A stretch of DNA of 64,000 bases from Craspedostauros australis (Eukaryota), in contig JALAGF010006637.1 in the NCBI GenBank assembly GCA_030167865.1, positions 1 to 64,000 on the forward strand, read 5' to 3'. The notes below the pieces were generated by a model. The model saw only the letters and a program-made list of their open reading frames with translations, was not told the origin of the DNA and searched no databases. Position numbers and translations under genes: made by a program. Position 1 is the first letter of the stretch. The number at the start of each line of letters is the position of its first letter. Shown piece after piece: positions 1 through 10,757 of the stretch.

Positions 1-2
1 CA

Positions 3-3000
3 CCGGAGTCGGATGGCATCTTCTGCAAGCTCCGTGGCAGGGATGCCGAAAATCACGGGCGCTTGAACCTCCGCATCGACGGTCTGGACATGGATTGGGT
101 GAACGAGAACCAGGACGCTTTGTCTCCGGCTCTCGGCCATCATGGGCTGTTCTACACGGGCGCCGTCATCAACGACGAAGGTCTCCTGTTGGAGCTTCCG
201 GAGGAGACGACCATCGATGACATGGAGATTCACACCATCTTCGTGCAGGACGCCATCAACATTCCACCCAACGAAGACGGAGTCTCGTCTTCCATTCCGT
301 CGATGGCCGAGACTACCAATTCGGTGCTGATCGTTCGTCCCATCTTCCAGGATGGTGAAATTCAGGAGGATTTCGTCCGTGCCAGCGTCTTCGACCAGAC
401 TCCCACATTCTTGGAACAGCACAATGCCATTTCGTTTGATCGCGTCGAACTCATCACCAAACCAGCGCCAGGCGTGGTCAATGGGGTGTACGAGCACACC
501 TTCAGCGAATCTATCGCAGGCAGGAACGTTTTCGACATCGAGAATATCGTCGAGGACCACCTCGTGCAGGTCGGGCTCTTTGATGAATTTGATCACTTCC
601 TCCTCGTCTTTCCGAGTGGAACCGAGTACTTTGGATCCACGACTTGGTATGGTAAGTTGGAAACAGGGAGCGCTCCGGCGATGAAAATGCTGCAATTGCC
701 ACCGCTGATGCCATGCACATCATCCCAAAGTTTCGTTCAATTTGCACCGGCAGCAATAGGGTTTGCCCGTGTCAACCTGCAGATTGCTGCGAAACTTGCA
801 GTTGGAGAAAAACTCACTCACCTGCACCTCCTTCATCTATCTTTGTGCCTCCCTCACGATCGGACCCCGTTAATATCTTCAGCGTATGCGTACGTGGGAC
901 CTTCTCAAAAGATCTCCGTATACAACACCAACTTTCTCGACCCTCAACGCCATGCCATCGACGATGTTGCCACCATTCTCCATGAGATCGGCCACAACTA
1001 CGGCTTGCAACATTCCAGCGAAGGAGTGTCTGAGTACGGAGATGAAAGGTAAAGCACCCACCAGCGCCGCATGCAGGATGCACCGCAGTTTTTGGCCTGC
1101 GCCTGTGCCATCGTGCCAAGTTCTCTCTCTCTCTCTGTCGCTTCGCTTCGTTTCGCTCAGTTTGGTTCCAAATGCCACCATACCACCCCTCACCACTTCC
1201 TTTGGTCCTTTTTGCCTCCGCCTGGTGCACCTACGAACCCCAAATCAACCAACCAATGGTACCAACACCTCCGACTGCCTTCCAATCCTCAGCTGTCTGA
1301 TGGGAGATTCCGATAATCCTCGAAGCGCATTCAATGGTAAGAACAAGCTCGGAGTGGAAATCACAAACGCACTGTCCGACAGCAACGAGGATATCCATTG
1401 CAATGTGCTTCTACGATACTGCGACACAAGCGCACTTGCTCACCCATTTCTTCTTCTTTACTTCATGCACGCTTCATCTACGCTTCATCTACGCTTCATC
1501 CACATTTCATGCGCACGTGTTGTGTCCTATCAAATCCGATTTTCAACACCACCACGATGAACCGACAGCGCCAAAAAACTGGCAGCTTGGATGGTACGAC
1601 AATCAAGCCCTTCAGATTGCGCCGACCCAGATGCTTTCCGACAGAATCTGCGGCGTCGTCGACTACGATACCGACGGCGACACCTCGAAGTACTCTGTTG
1701 TCGTCAAGATCGACATGCCGGGCACCGAGGACGATTACTACGTCGGCTACAACAATCTTGTTGGATTCAACAGCCAAAACTCCGGTACCAATGCCGTCTA
1801 CATCACGCGGGTTCCGTTCGGCACCGTCTTCACTCAGAAGTCCTTCGTCGAGAGCAGACTGATCGCAGCAGGCGATAACTTCGTCATCAAGCGAGGCAGC
1901 TCCCCCGACGTCAACGTCCAGCTCCGAGAGAAGGACCCATCGAGCGAGGATGTGCGCTGCGCATTTGTCGATATCTATCCAGCCATCGGAGGAGCTGAAC
2001 CATCTGCGGCGTGCGCCACTTGGCTGTACAAGTCCGCCAACAGAGTTGTCGACGACCACGAAATCATTTCCTTCCATTTTGATATCCAAATCACCAACAG
2101 CACTTATATCAGCGCGATCGATCTTGAGCTTCTGTCCATGGACAGCGAAGCAATCGCGGTGTACACGAAGCCCAGCTCCCACACGGATACGTCCATCTCT
2201 TGGACTCTCATCCAACAAACCACAATCCAAGCCGAGGGACCTAACAAATTGACACAACTCCCCCCATTCCAAACTCCGATCAAGGCTGTCAGCGGCAGCA
2301 CCATCTCCGTCCGCGTCGACGTCATGAACGGCGTGCCCGAGAATGGCGAGACAAGTAGCTCCCTCCCATCGTCACACCCACCAACAGCATATTCGTGCCC
2401 AGACTGTCCATTCGAGGTGCTTCTCGGAAGAGGATACACCAGCATGGCCTTCAATGGCAACCAGCTCATGAATGGAGCCTGGCTTGATGATCAATACCCC
2501 TTCCTCGGCAAGATCCACTTCTGTGATAGCGTCACCACCGTCGACCCATCTGGAGACACCAGGGTGCCAATTCAAGACTTTGGGGGCTCTCCTCCGAGCG
2601 AGCGATTTCCTCTTCCACTATGCGCGGGTGATTGCGACAGCGACTCCGACTGCGCACCAGGCCTCGTCTGCTTTCAGCGAGATTCTGGCGACGAAATTCC
2701 AGGCTGCGTTGGAAACTTGGGTGCGAGGACAGATTTCTGCGTTTCCAAGACTGCAACGCTTCACCCCACCAACGCCCCCTCTCCCGCCCCAACAGTCCAT
2801 CCAACAGCCCAGCCCACATTCCGGCCAACCAGTGCACCGACCTCGCAACCGACAGGAACTCTGGTCCTCCCTCAGCCGTTAGTTTCCTACTCAGGCAACC
2901 CAGATCCTTCACTGCTGCCTCTTGGACTTTGTGAAGGAGACTGCGACAGTGATGAGCAATGTCAACTTGGTTTGGTCTGCTGGCAGCGAGATGAAGGCGA

Positions 3001-5749
3001 CAGTGTTCCAGGATGCATTGGAAGTCTCGGTTCTCGGACCGACTACTGCATCCTCGCATCCTTGTTGACTGAAGCACCGACGACTGCGCCAACACCCGGA
3101 CCCGGCTCATACCCGACCGCACCTCCGACAGCGTCTCCAACTGTGTCGCTAACCGCTCCTCCGACCAAATTTAGAAGCGCGGCACCAACTGGGTCTATCT
3201 CGCCATCACACATGCCAAGCAATGCCCCGACCGCAGGACCAACCTCTGAGCCCACTTCCGAGCCAACCTCAGCCTCCACGAAGCTGGGAAGTGGAACGCC
3301 AACTGGATCCACTGCGCCATCCTGGTCTCCGACAGGTGTCCCAACGGCAGGGCCAACCGCAGTGCCAACATCAGGACCAACTTCCGGACCGACATCTGGA
3401 CCGACACCTGGACCAACGACAGAGCCAACATCAGCACCAACCATACAACCAACCTCGGAACCAACCCCTACCCCCACCAAGGTGGGAAGTGCAGCACCAA
3501 CTGGATCCGCTGCGCCTTCCTGGTCTCCGACAGGCGTCCCAACTGCAGGACCGACATCGGGACCAACTGCGGGACCAACATCAGGACCAACCTCCGGACC
3601 AACTTCGGCCCCCACGAAGCTGAGAAGTGGAACGCCAACTGGATCCGCTGCGCCATCCTGGTCCCCGACGGGCACCCCAACTGCAGGGCCAACCGCAGTG
3701 CCAACAGCAGGGCCAACGACAGGGCCAACATCAGGACCAACCGCACAGCCAACCTCGGAACCAACGTCGGCCCCCACGAAGCTGAGAAGTGCAGCACCAA
3801 CTGGATCCTCGGTGCCGTCCTGGTCTCCAACAGGCGCCCCTACTGCAGGACCGACATCGGGACCAACCGCGGGACCAACATCTGGACCAACAGCAGGACC
3901 AACGACAGAGCCAACATCAGGACCAACCACACAGCCAACCTCGGAACCAACCTCAGCCCCCACGAATCTGAGAAGTGCAGCACCAACTGGATCCTCGGTG
4001 CCGTCCTGGTCTCCAACAGGCGCCCTTACTGCAGGACCGACATCGAGACCAACCGCGGGACCAACATCGGGCCCAACTGCTGGACCAACATCAGGACCAA
4101 CCTCCGGGCCAACTTCGGCCCCCACGAAGCTGAGCAGTGCAGCACCGACTGGATCCGCTGCGCCATCCTGGTCCCCGACGGGCATTCCAACCGCAGGACC
4201 AACCGCAGGACCAACTTCCGGACCGACATCTGGACCAACATCAGGACCAACCGCACAACCAACCTCGGAACCAACCTCAGCCCCCACGAAGCTGGGAAGT
4301 GGAACGCCGACTGGATCTGCTGCGCCATCCTGGTCCCCGACGGGCATTCCAACCGCAGGACCGACATCAGGACCAACATCAGGGCCAACTTCGGCACCGA
4401 CTGCATCTCCCACTAAATTCGGAAGCGAAAGGCCAACTGGATCTGCTGCGCCATCCTGGTCCCCGACGGGCATTCCAACCGCAGGACCGACATCAGAACC
4501 AACATCAGGGCCAACTTCGGCACCGACTGCATCTCCCACTAAATTCGGAAGCGAAAGGCCAACTGGGTCCTCCGTGCCATCCTGGTCTCCGACAGGCGCC
4601 CCCACTGCAGCACCGACATCAGGATCAACCTCGGCACCATCCACACAGCCATCATCAGGACCAACTTCGGCACCGACTACAGCTCCCACCAAGTTGGGCA
4701 GCGAAAGGCCAACTGGATCAAGCGTGCCATCGCAGTCTCCAACAGCAACCCCAACAGCTGGGCCGACAGCAGGACCAACCTCACGACCTACTTCGTCGCC
4801 AACCTCGTTGCCAACTTCATCGCCGACCAGCCCCGAACCTGTCTTGCTCCCTCTCATCTCCTTTGGTGGATCTCCAGATCCCATCCATTTCCCTCTCCAA
4901 CGATGCGAGGGTGATTGCGATTCTGATGCAGACTGCGAGGATGGTTTGATCTGCTTCCAGCGCGACGAGGGTGAAAGCGTTCCAGGATGCACCGGCCTCG
5001 ATCTCTCGCGAACTGACTTCTGCGTGTTCAGACCACCTGTCACCGCACAGCCAACCTCGACGCCAACAACTCTGCCAACCAACTCGCCGACTTCTATCCC
5101 GACGATGTCGCCAACTGGAAAGCCACTCGCTTCCTCGGCCCCATCAGCATCAGTTGCACCGACGCAGACCTTGAGCGATCCTCCCAGCGGCCAAACCTCA
5201 GTGCCAACGTCGCCACCGACTTCGAAACCAACTCCCTTGGAATCAATTCATCCATCCATTATGGCAAGCACGGATCCAACCTCAGCACCTACACCAATGC
5301 CTACGATGGAACAAAGTGAAAGCCCATCAGCGACCATCGTCTTGCCGATCAAGGACTTTGGCGGAACACCAGACGCCATTCACCGCCCGCTCGGACGGTG
5401 CGAGGGTGATTGCGATGCTGATGCGGACTGCGAAGATGGATTGGTGTGCTTCCAGCGCGACATGGGCGACACGGTGCCTGGATGCGATGGTGAGCTGGGA
5501 AGCAGGACCGACTTCTGTGTGCCGGAAGAATTGATCAACGGATTTCCAACCGAGATCGAGGACACCACTGGTGCGAGGAAGATGTCCGGCATTCGAGGAA
5601 GGAAGAAGAAAAGCCATCTCGCCACAACTGGGACTGAGGGCCCAACATCAACCAACAAGGATGCCGGTGACCGTGCAGCTGCGTCCACCCCAGGAATGAG
5701 GGGAGCAAAGGTTACAGGCGTAATGCCACACCTGATTCGTCGCTGGTAG
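3..5749 (+). CDS. Gametolysin-like peptidase M11 (metzincin) fused to four frustulin ACR domains and a Pro/Thr/Ser-rich repeat region; 5'-partial, 4 exons visible
   Basis: The frame is open from the window start. Inferred exons are <3-651, 883-1048, 1293-1336 and 1569-5749, all with GT..AG introns. Splicing restores WYAYAYVG..HEIGHNYGLQH (HExxHxxGxxH zinc motif)..EYGDESCLMG (Met-turn)..FNAPKNWQLGWY, the motif order of M11 peptidases. Four PLxxC(A/E)GDCDxDxxCxxGL(V/I)C(F/W)QRD..PGC..D(F/Y)C domains follow at about 2567-2743, 2876-3053, 4850-5030 and 5345-5522. Confidence 0.88.
3090..4830 (+). repeat. Coding tandem repeat array (mucin-like PTS region)
   Basis: Eleven copies of PTK(L/F/V)(G/R/S)SxxPTGSxxPS(W)SPT separated by variable numbers of PT(S/A)(G/E) tetrapeptides. 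Near-identical nucleotide blocks are visible, e.g. 4340-4460 vs 4460-4580. Confidence 0.95.
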
Positions 5750-6477
5750 ACGAGTCATAGCGTGCCAATACGAACGTTCAAGACACGCTCGCCAGCTTCA
5801 GCCACATCCCTCGCCTCGTTTGATCAAATGATGCGAAGTTCGCCGTGGATCACACAAAATATGGCCGCACATTACAATTCCAACAGGATTTTGAGCATTG
5901 TGTGTCACCTTGTCTCAATCAAGCACAGTTAACGTATCGCAGCGGTAAATGTAGCATCCATGTATCGAAGTACATCACGATTTTTGTGCTCTGATCGAGT
6001 GGACATCGAAGTTGGTATGCCTACGTATGCACGAATCAACGTTCACGCAGACACCACCCCACTTACGTCTGCAATGCTGCTGATGCTGACGCTTTTGTTG
6101 TTGACAGTGTTGATGCCCACGATGTCATTGGTGGATTGAAGTGATATCTGTAGGCACGCACGATCACATGATCGCATGATCGTGCTTGGAAGCAAGGTGA
6201 GGACACCAGCATCGCGCGGCTTGTCATGACGCATTTTATTGTCACGATGGGGAGAGACGCGGCAGTGGCAACGGGAACAGCAATTCCAACGATAATGTCC
6301 GCAACCGCAGCGCATTAGGGAGATTCGTCGACGCAGATTCAATTGGAGGATTCTGACTCGTCTGCCGCAATGGCAATTCCTGATGGTAGAGGACTTGAAG
6401 TCTCAATTGAGTACGGTCCGAATATACCATACAATTTGTAGTTTAGAACGTGCGGGTGCATGTATTCCATGTTGCAG

Positions 6478-6735
6478 TTACTTGTTCAGGGAACAGGCCG
6501 CCTTATTGGGGCCGACACACTCGCCGACATCATCGATGGTGTACTTCGCTGTGTCGCCTCCAACGCACAGTTCTTGCTGTGCAAAGAGCTGGCATTGCCC
6601 AGCCTTGCAGATGCTCTCCTTGATGACAATACTGTCTGTTGGATCTCCGGCGTTGGCAAGATCACTGCAGGCATTTGTCTTTTGCAAGCATTCTTCTCGA
6701 TGAACAAACTTCCTTCGACTTTCTCTCGAATCCAT
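6478..6735 (-). pseudogene. Truncated, frameshifted 3' relic of a paralogue of the adjacent Cys-rich repeat gene
   Basis: The minus strand reads VEGSLFIEKNACK-(frameshift near 6680)-TNACSDLANAGDPTDSIVIKESICKAGQCQLFAQQELCVGGDTAKYTIDDVGECVGPNKAACSLNK*. This aligns with the C-terminus of the 7533-10235 protein (GRMTIEAGACFGRGVCERVG..IIIRPGVC..KCTLCARGPLC..YVIDNAAADCPGPSLSACEFL*). Confidence 0.75.
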
Positions 6736-7408
6736 CATACGCATGCCCGCAGGATGGATGCCTTCACCTTGCGTTGTGATGTGTGGAGCGTTGCCCCCAT
6801 GGCATTGCTGCTGTTTCGCCCGATCAAAATGACAATGGCTTACTTCAGCCCGTGCCCTTGTCTGTTCCTTCGCTCTTGTCTTTGCTCTCACGCTCGCTTT
6901 CGATCTTGGTCTTGTTCTGTGAATGCTGGGGTGTCGTCAGAGAGACGCTTCATTTCACATTGCATCGGAGCCTGGGCATATCTTTCCATCAATCAGACTG
7001 GAATAGGCATCATGCGCTGCAATTGTGCAGATATCAGCTGCAGGTTGTGGGAGGTGAGCACGAAGGATCGATGGAGAGATGGAGCAACCTCTGCATGGAG
7101 CACTCGTACGCATGATTGATACGTTCGCACATTGCGTCGATCGTGTCTGGAATTGCCATTGAGTTCGTGTGGTTCTGCTGGCACAAGTACCAGTAGAATG
7201 ACTGGTGCCAACCCTGGAGAGTATCCTGTTGTGTTTCTTCGCTCTTGACCTTGCTTTCGGCCTTGATCGTGTTCTGTGAGGGTCTCGCAGCATCACGAGA
7301 GAGAGGCCCTTCACTTCACATCGCAGCGCAGCGGAGAGGAGTTCATGTTGCTGATTGTGGGCACCTGATTTGATTTGTTGGTGGTTGAGACGATGTTTCC
7401 GAAACGAA
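6736..7408 (+). repeat. ~0.67 kb non-coding repeat, copy 1 (direct repeat with 10758-11464)
   Basis: Colinear similarity over the whole length, with shared blocks such as gatcaaaatgaca..ggcttacttcag, tgtctgttccttcgctcttgtctttgctctca, gagatggagcaacctctgcatggag and gttctgtgagggtctcgcagcatcacgagagagaggc. Boundaries are approximate. Confidence 0.9.
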
Positions 7409-7532
7409 ACGATTGTGTCCGAAGGAGAACGGAGTTGTGGCAATCGCATAGGCACCATAACCAAGCCAGCAAAGATAGGAAAATTATGGTAGAGTACGAG
7501 CCGGAGCATGTCTATTGTTGTGCGTGTGATGA

Positions 7533-10235
7533 TTAGAGAAACTCGCAGGCAGACAGGGATGGTCCAGGGCAATCCGCGGCTGCGTTGTCGATTACGTACG
7601 TCTCGTTGGCTGACGTACACAGTGGTCCCCTGGCGCATAAGGTACATTTGGGGCCTGTTAAATTAGTACAGACTCCTGGTCTGATGATGATGTCATTGGT
7701 TGAAAAAAAGCTGCTGCCAACCCTTTCGCACACACCCCTTCCAAAGCAGGCACCGGCTTCGATGGTCATTCTTCCTGCAAATTTGATGTCTTGAGTCCTC
7801 CCCCTAGTATGCATCCTGGCGCAAGCGGAAGCCCCCTGGCACGCATTCTTTCCGATGAAGACACTTGCCACGATCGGTGTCGTGGTTGTAGACCCTTGGT
7901 TGGTGCGCTGCGCAATGGCAGTGCATGCATCCCTTGTATCGCATGCTCCTTCTTCTATTCGTATATCGCCAAAGGTATTAAGTCCAATACCGTTGCAACT
8001 CGCGCCCGCGAGGCAAGCTCTTGGTCCAATCACTCTGAATCCGACTTCGGCACCGGCAGCTGGCTGATCTTCTAAGAAATTGCCCAACCGAAAGCAAGAA
8101 GTTTCTCCTCTGCAACTGTCTAGTGTGATGACGTCGCGACGTGCGTAGGCGCAAGCGGAACGCCCGATACATGACCCTGAGCTCACCGTGATGACACCCT
8201 CATCGATAGGATCAGTGAAGCAACTGAACGCACCATTGCAGCATCTGCCATTGCACGCATTCTTCACCACAGTCCCACTTCCAGTGAATAGTTCCATGGT
8301 TGCCACCGTCTCCAGCAATGCCTTGGTCACACTTTCGTCATTCTTGATCTTATCAAAGCGTTCCTGCGCCACCTCCAACGTCACGGGCTGTGGAGGGTCT
8401 TCATCATTGCATCCAAAGATGCTCTTGATCATCTTGCTCTTCCCCTCATCAGTCAGAGCATTAACCATGGAGGCGAAGCCCGTGCATGTGCCTGTTGCAC
8501 CATCGCACAATACATCACCAGTGATGAGATTGAACGTTGATGTGCCGTTACCTGGTATTGAGAGACATCCAACGGTCAAGGATGCCGATGTGGGAGCTGA
8601 TGTCGGAGCCGATGTGGGAACAGATGTGGGTTCAACCGACACGGTAGGAAATGGGGTGNNNNNNNNNNNNNNNNNNNNNNNNNNNNNNNNNNNNNNNNNN
8701 NNNNNNNNGGGTTCAACCGACACGGTAGGAAATGGGGTGGGAAAGAACGTCGGACACTCCGTTGGCAATGTGTCCTTGCCAACGCAATACTCCTCCACCT
8801 TGTCACCTGTTGGAAGGAAGTTTGTGTCCCTGCCTCCCTTGGGACAAGCTTCCTCTGCATCACTGATGAGATATACCTCATCAAAGTTGCACTCTGTCTT
8901 CGTCATGCATGCCCAGCAGCTCTGAACACCGCCGCAACCGCCAGGAGGGACGATGATATCTGTTCTCATCCTGTCATTCAAGCCAAGCTTCTCGCATGAG
9001 CCTTCATCAGCACAGCCACCATCACCGATGGTCAGGCTTCCTGCAATCTTGCCACCTGGAAAACGACTCACGGTGGAATGAGCATCCTTGCAGGCATTGC
9101 TGCCAATGCACGCATTCGCCCCAATGTCGATATGGCTGCGGAAGCGAAATGATGGTGCCTTCTGCACAACTCGGCGTCCAGTGGAATTGCATGCCTCTGG
9201 CCCAATGCATGCACCGGCCTGGATGGTGACATCACCATGAGAACGACGCCCCACTCCCTCACAAGATTGAGGGGTGGTGCATGCCATCTCACCAACGAAG
9301 GTGACTCCCATGATGAAGGAATTGATCTCATTCTCATTCATCAACTCGCATGCACTCGCGCCAGTGCAGGAGGCATCGAGAATGAGAGGGTTCGGTCCCA
9401 TGTCCTTGCAGGCACTGTCACCGGTGCATGCGGTGATGGCGATAGTCATGAATGGAGCAGAGTTGGAGGCGGATCCGGTGACTGAGGTGCATCCCGCTGA
9501 CCCTTGGCAGCATGGATTGGCGACAGATGGAGATTGGGCCATTCCGATGGACATACAGGCTGCCTCCATTGCATCAGGTCGCTCGGTGACGAGAATCGGG
9601 TTCGTGGCAGCGATCAGGGCCAATTGGCCAGCAAGCATGTCGTCCGATGCGTACATGTTGAAGAGCTTGCGAGCGGCTCCTTCTCCAAGGTTCCCTGCGC
9701 ATCCGAAGAAGTTCTGAAGTTCCTTGGATTCCTTGACGGCAGCTACAGCCTCACGGCATGATGGCTTGGCAGAGTTGCAGATGATGGTCTTGGGCCTGGC
9801 TTCATCTGGTGTGAGGATGGTGGCACCATCGGGCTTGCAGACAACAGCGATGGTGGAATCGAAGTCCATCGGAGGAGCTGATGGAGCTGGAGCTGGCGGC
9901 ATGGTCGGCGATGAGGTCGGAGAGCGTGTGGGATCGATCGTTGGATGAGCGCTTGGAATCCATGTGGGCATGATGGTCGGACCTGCAGCGTCCTTGGATG
10001 TTGAAGGCATTGAAGATGGCGGATTGGAGGGATCCAAGACGTCGTTTTTGTTTGTTTTGGCACCCTTGTTGTTGCCAACGCCGACAGCAGCCTTGATTGC
10101 TCGAGTGGCTTGCAATGCCAGGTGCATTTCATCCACACCGCTCGTGGCCTCTTCTCCGTTTAGGCGCGCTTCAGCCACCACCATGAAGGCAACAAGGAGA
10201 GTGGTGACGATGATTGTCTTGGTGTGGATTATCAT
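7533..10235 (-). CDS. Secreted Cys-rich protein with two tandem C-x5-C repeat modules and Pro/Thr/Ser linkers, function unknown
   Basis: The ATG at 10235 is followed by a signal peptide (MIIHTKTIIVTTLLVAFMVVAEA-RL). Two homologous modules each have (F/I)FGC, CCxGxxxC and seven repeats of about IxxxACxGxxAC. The ORF crosses the 50-N gap inside a PTPFPTVSVE repeat, so the linker length is uncertain. Confidence 0.85.
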   Translation of the reverse strand: MIIHTKTIIVTTLLVAFMVVAEARLNGEEATSGVDEMHLALQATRAIKAAVGVGNNKGAKTNKNDVLDPSNPPSSMPSTSKDAAGPTIMPTWIPSAHPTIDPTRSPTSSPTMPPAPAPSAPPMDFDSTIAVVCKPDGATILTPDEARPKTIICNSAKPSCREAVAAVKESKELQNFFGCAGNLGEGAARKLFNMYASDDMLAGQLALIAATNPILVTERPDAMEAACMSIGMAQSPSVANPCCQGSAGCTSVTGSASNSAPFMTIAITACTGDSACKDMGPNPLILDASCTGASACELMNENEINSFIMGVTFVGEMACTTPQSCEGVGRRSHGDVTIQAGACIGPEACNSTGRRVVQKAPSFRFRSHIDIGANACIGSNACKDAHSTVSRFPGGKIAGSLTIGDGGCADEGSCEKLGLNDRMRTDIIVPPGGCGGVQSCWACMTKTECNFDEVYLISDAEEACPKGGRDTNFLPTGDKVEEYCVGKDTLPTECPTFFPTPFPTVSVEPXXXXXXXXXXXXXXXXXTPFPTVSVEPTSVPTSAPTSAPTSASLTVGCLSIPGNGTSTFNLITGDVLCDGATGTCTGFASMVNALTDEGKSKMIKSIFGCNDEDPPQPVTLEVAQERFDKIKNDESVTKALLETVATMELFTGSGTVVKNACNGRCCNGAFSCFTDPIDEGVITVSSGSCIGRSACAYARRDVITLDSCRGETSCFRLGNFLEDQPAAGAEVGFRVIGPRACLAGASCNGIGLNTFGDIRIEEGACDTRDACTAIAQRTNQGSTTTTPIVASVFIGKNACQGASACARMHTRGRTQDIKFAGRMTIEAGACFGRGVCERVGSSFFSTNDIIIRPGVCTNLTGPKCTLCARGPLCTSANETYVIDNAAADCPGPSLSACEFL
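8659..8708. other. Assembly gap (50 N) flanked by an identical 31-mer
   Basis: gggttcaaccgacacggtaggaaatggggtg occurs at both 8628-8658 and 8709-8739, consistent with an unresolved 30-nt tandem repeat or a contig-end overlap. Confidence 0.95.
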
Positions 10236-10757
10236 GGTTATCGCGTTGTATGGTATGTTGTGGAGTGATGGAACGATAGGATTCGATGCTGAATTGTTGC
10301 TGTTGCTATTGCTGCTGCTATTGCTGCTGCTATTGCTGTTGCTGTAAGGTTCCAATTCGAATTGGAGCTTGTCGATTTTGTGAGAGGAGAAGTGATGATG
10401 ATGATGACGGTCCATTTGCTTCCTGTTTCTCTTTCAGACAACGCCAAGAGCAAGGAGCTTCAACTGTTGGAGCTGGAGAGCACATTGTTGATGTCGTGAG
10501 TATTGCTGTCCTGTTCATGTCCTTCCGAAAAGTGGAGGTTCCCCTCCTTGCATCGCGTTGTTTCCAATTTCATCCTCCCTCAGAAACGACGTGTGAATGC
10601 GATCGCGAACTCGTCAGAGCATCACACAGAATGAAGCTCATGGCGCAAGAGGGAACCTGTGTACCATACAGCAGAACATCGTAGTCCTATGCCCTTGAAA
10701 TGGGCACTGATGTCGACTGCGGTTGAAGATGAAGTCTCAGAAACCATGTACCGCCTC

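Noticed and set aside
652..1568. Three similar-length introns (231, 244, 232 nt) as possible introner elements
   Set aside because: No visible sequence similarity or terminal repeats among them, and other introns here (224, 201 nt) suggest this is the normal size.
3090..4830. Repeat-spacer look resembling a CRISPR array
   Set aside because: The units are in-frame coding repeats with repetitive rather than unique spacers, there are no cas genes, and the context is eukaryotic.
3043..5082. 679-aa minus-strand ORF (VGPAVGPDVG repeats)
   Set aside because: Antisense shadow of the PTS array; the reverse complements of Pro/Thr/Ser codons rarely give stops.
10236..10415. N-terminal extension (MDRHHHHH..SNSNSS) of the 960-aa ORF
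   Set aside because: It begins at a non-ATG codon and is microsatellite-derived; the signal peptide starts at the ATG at 10235.
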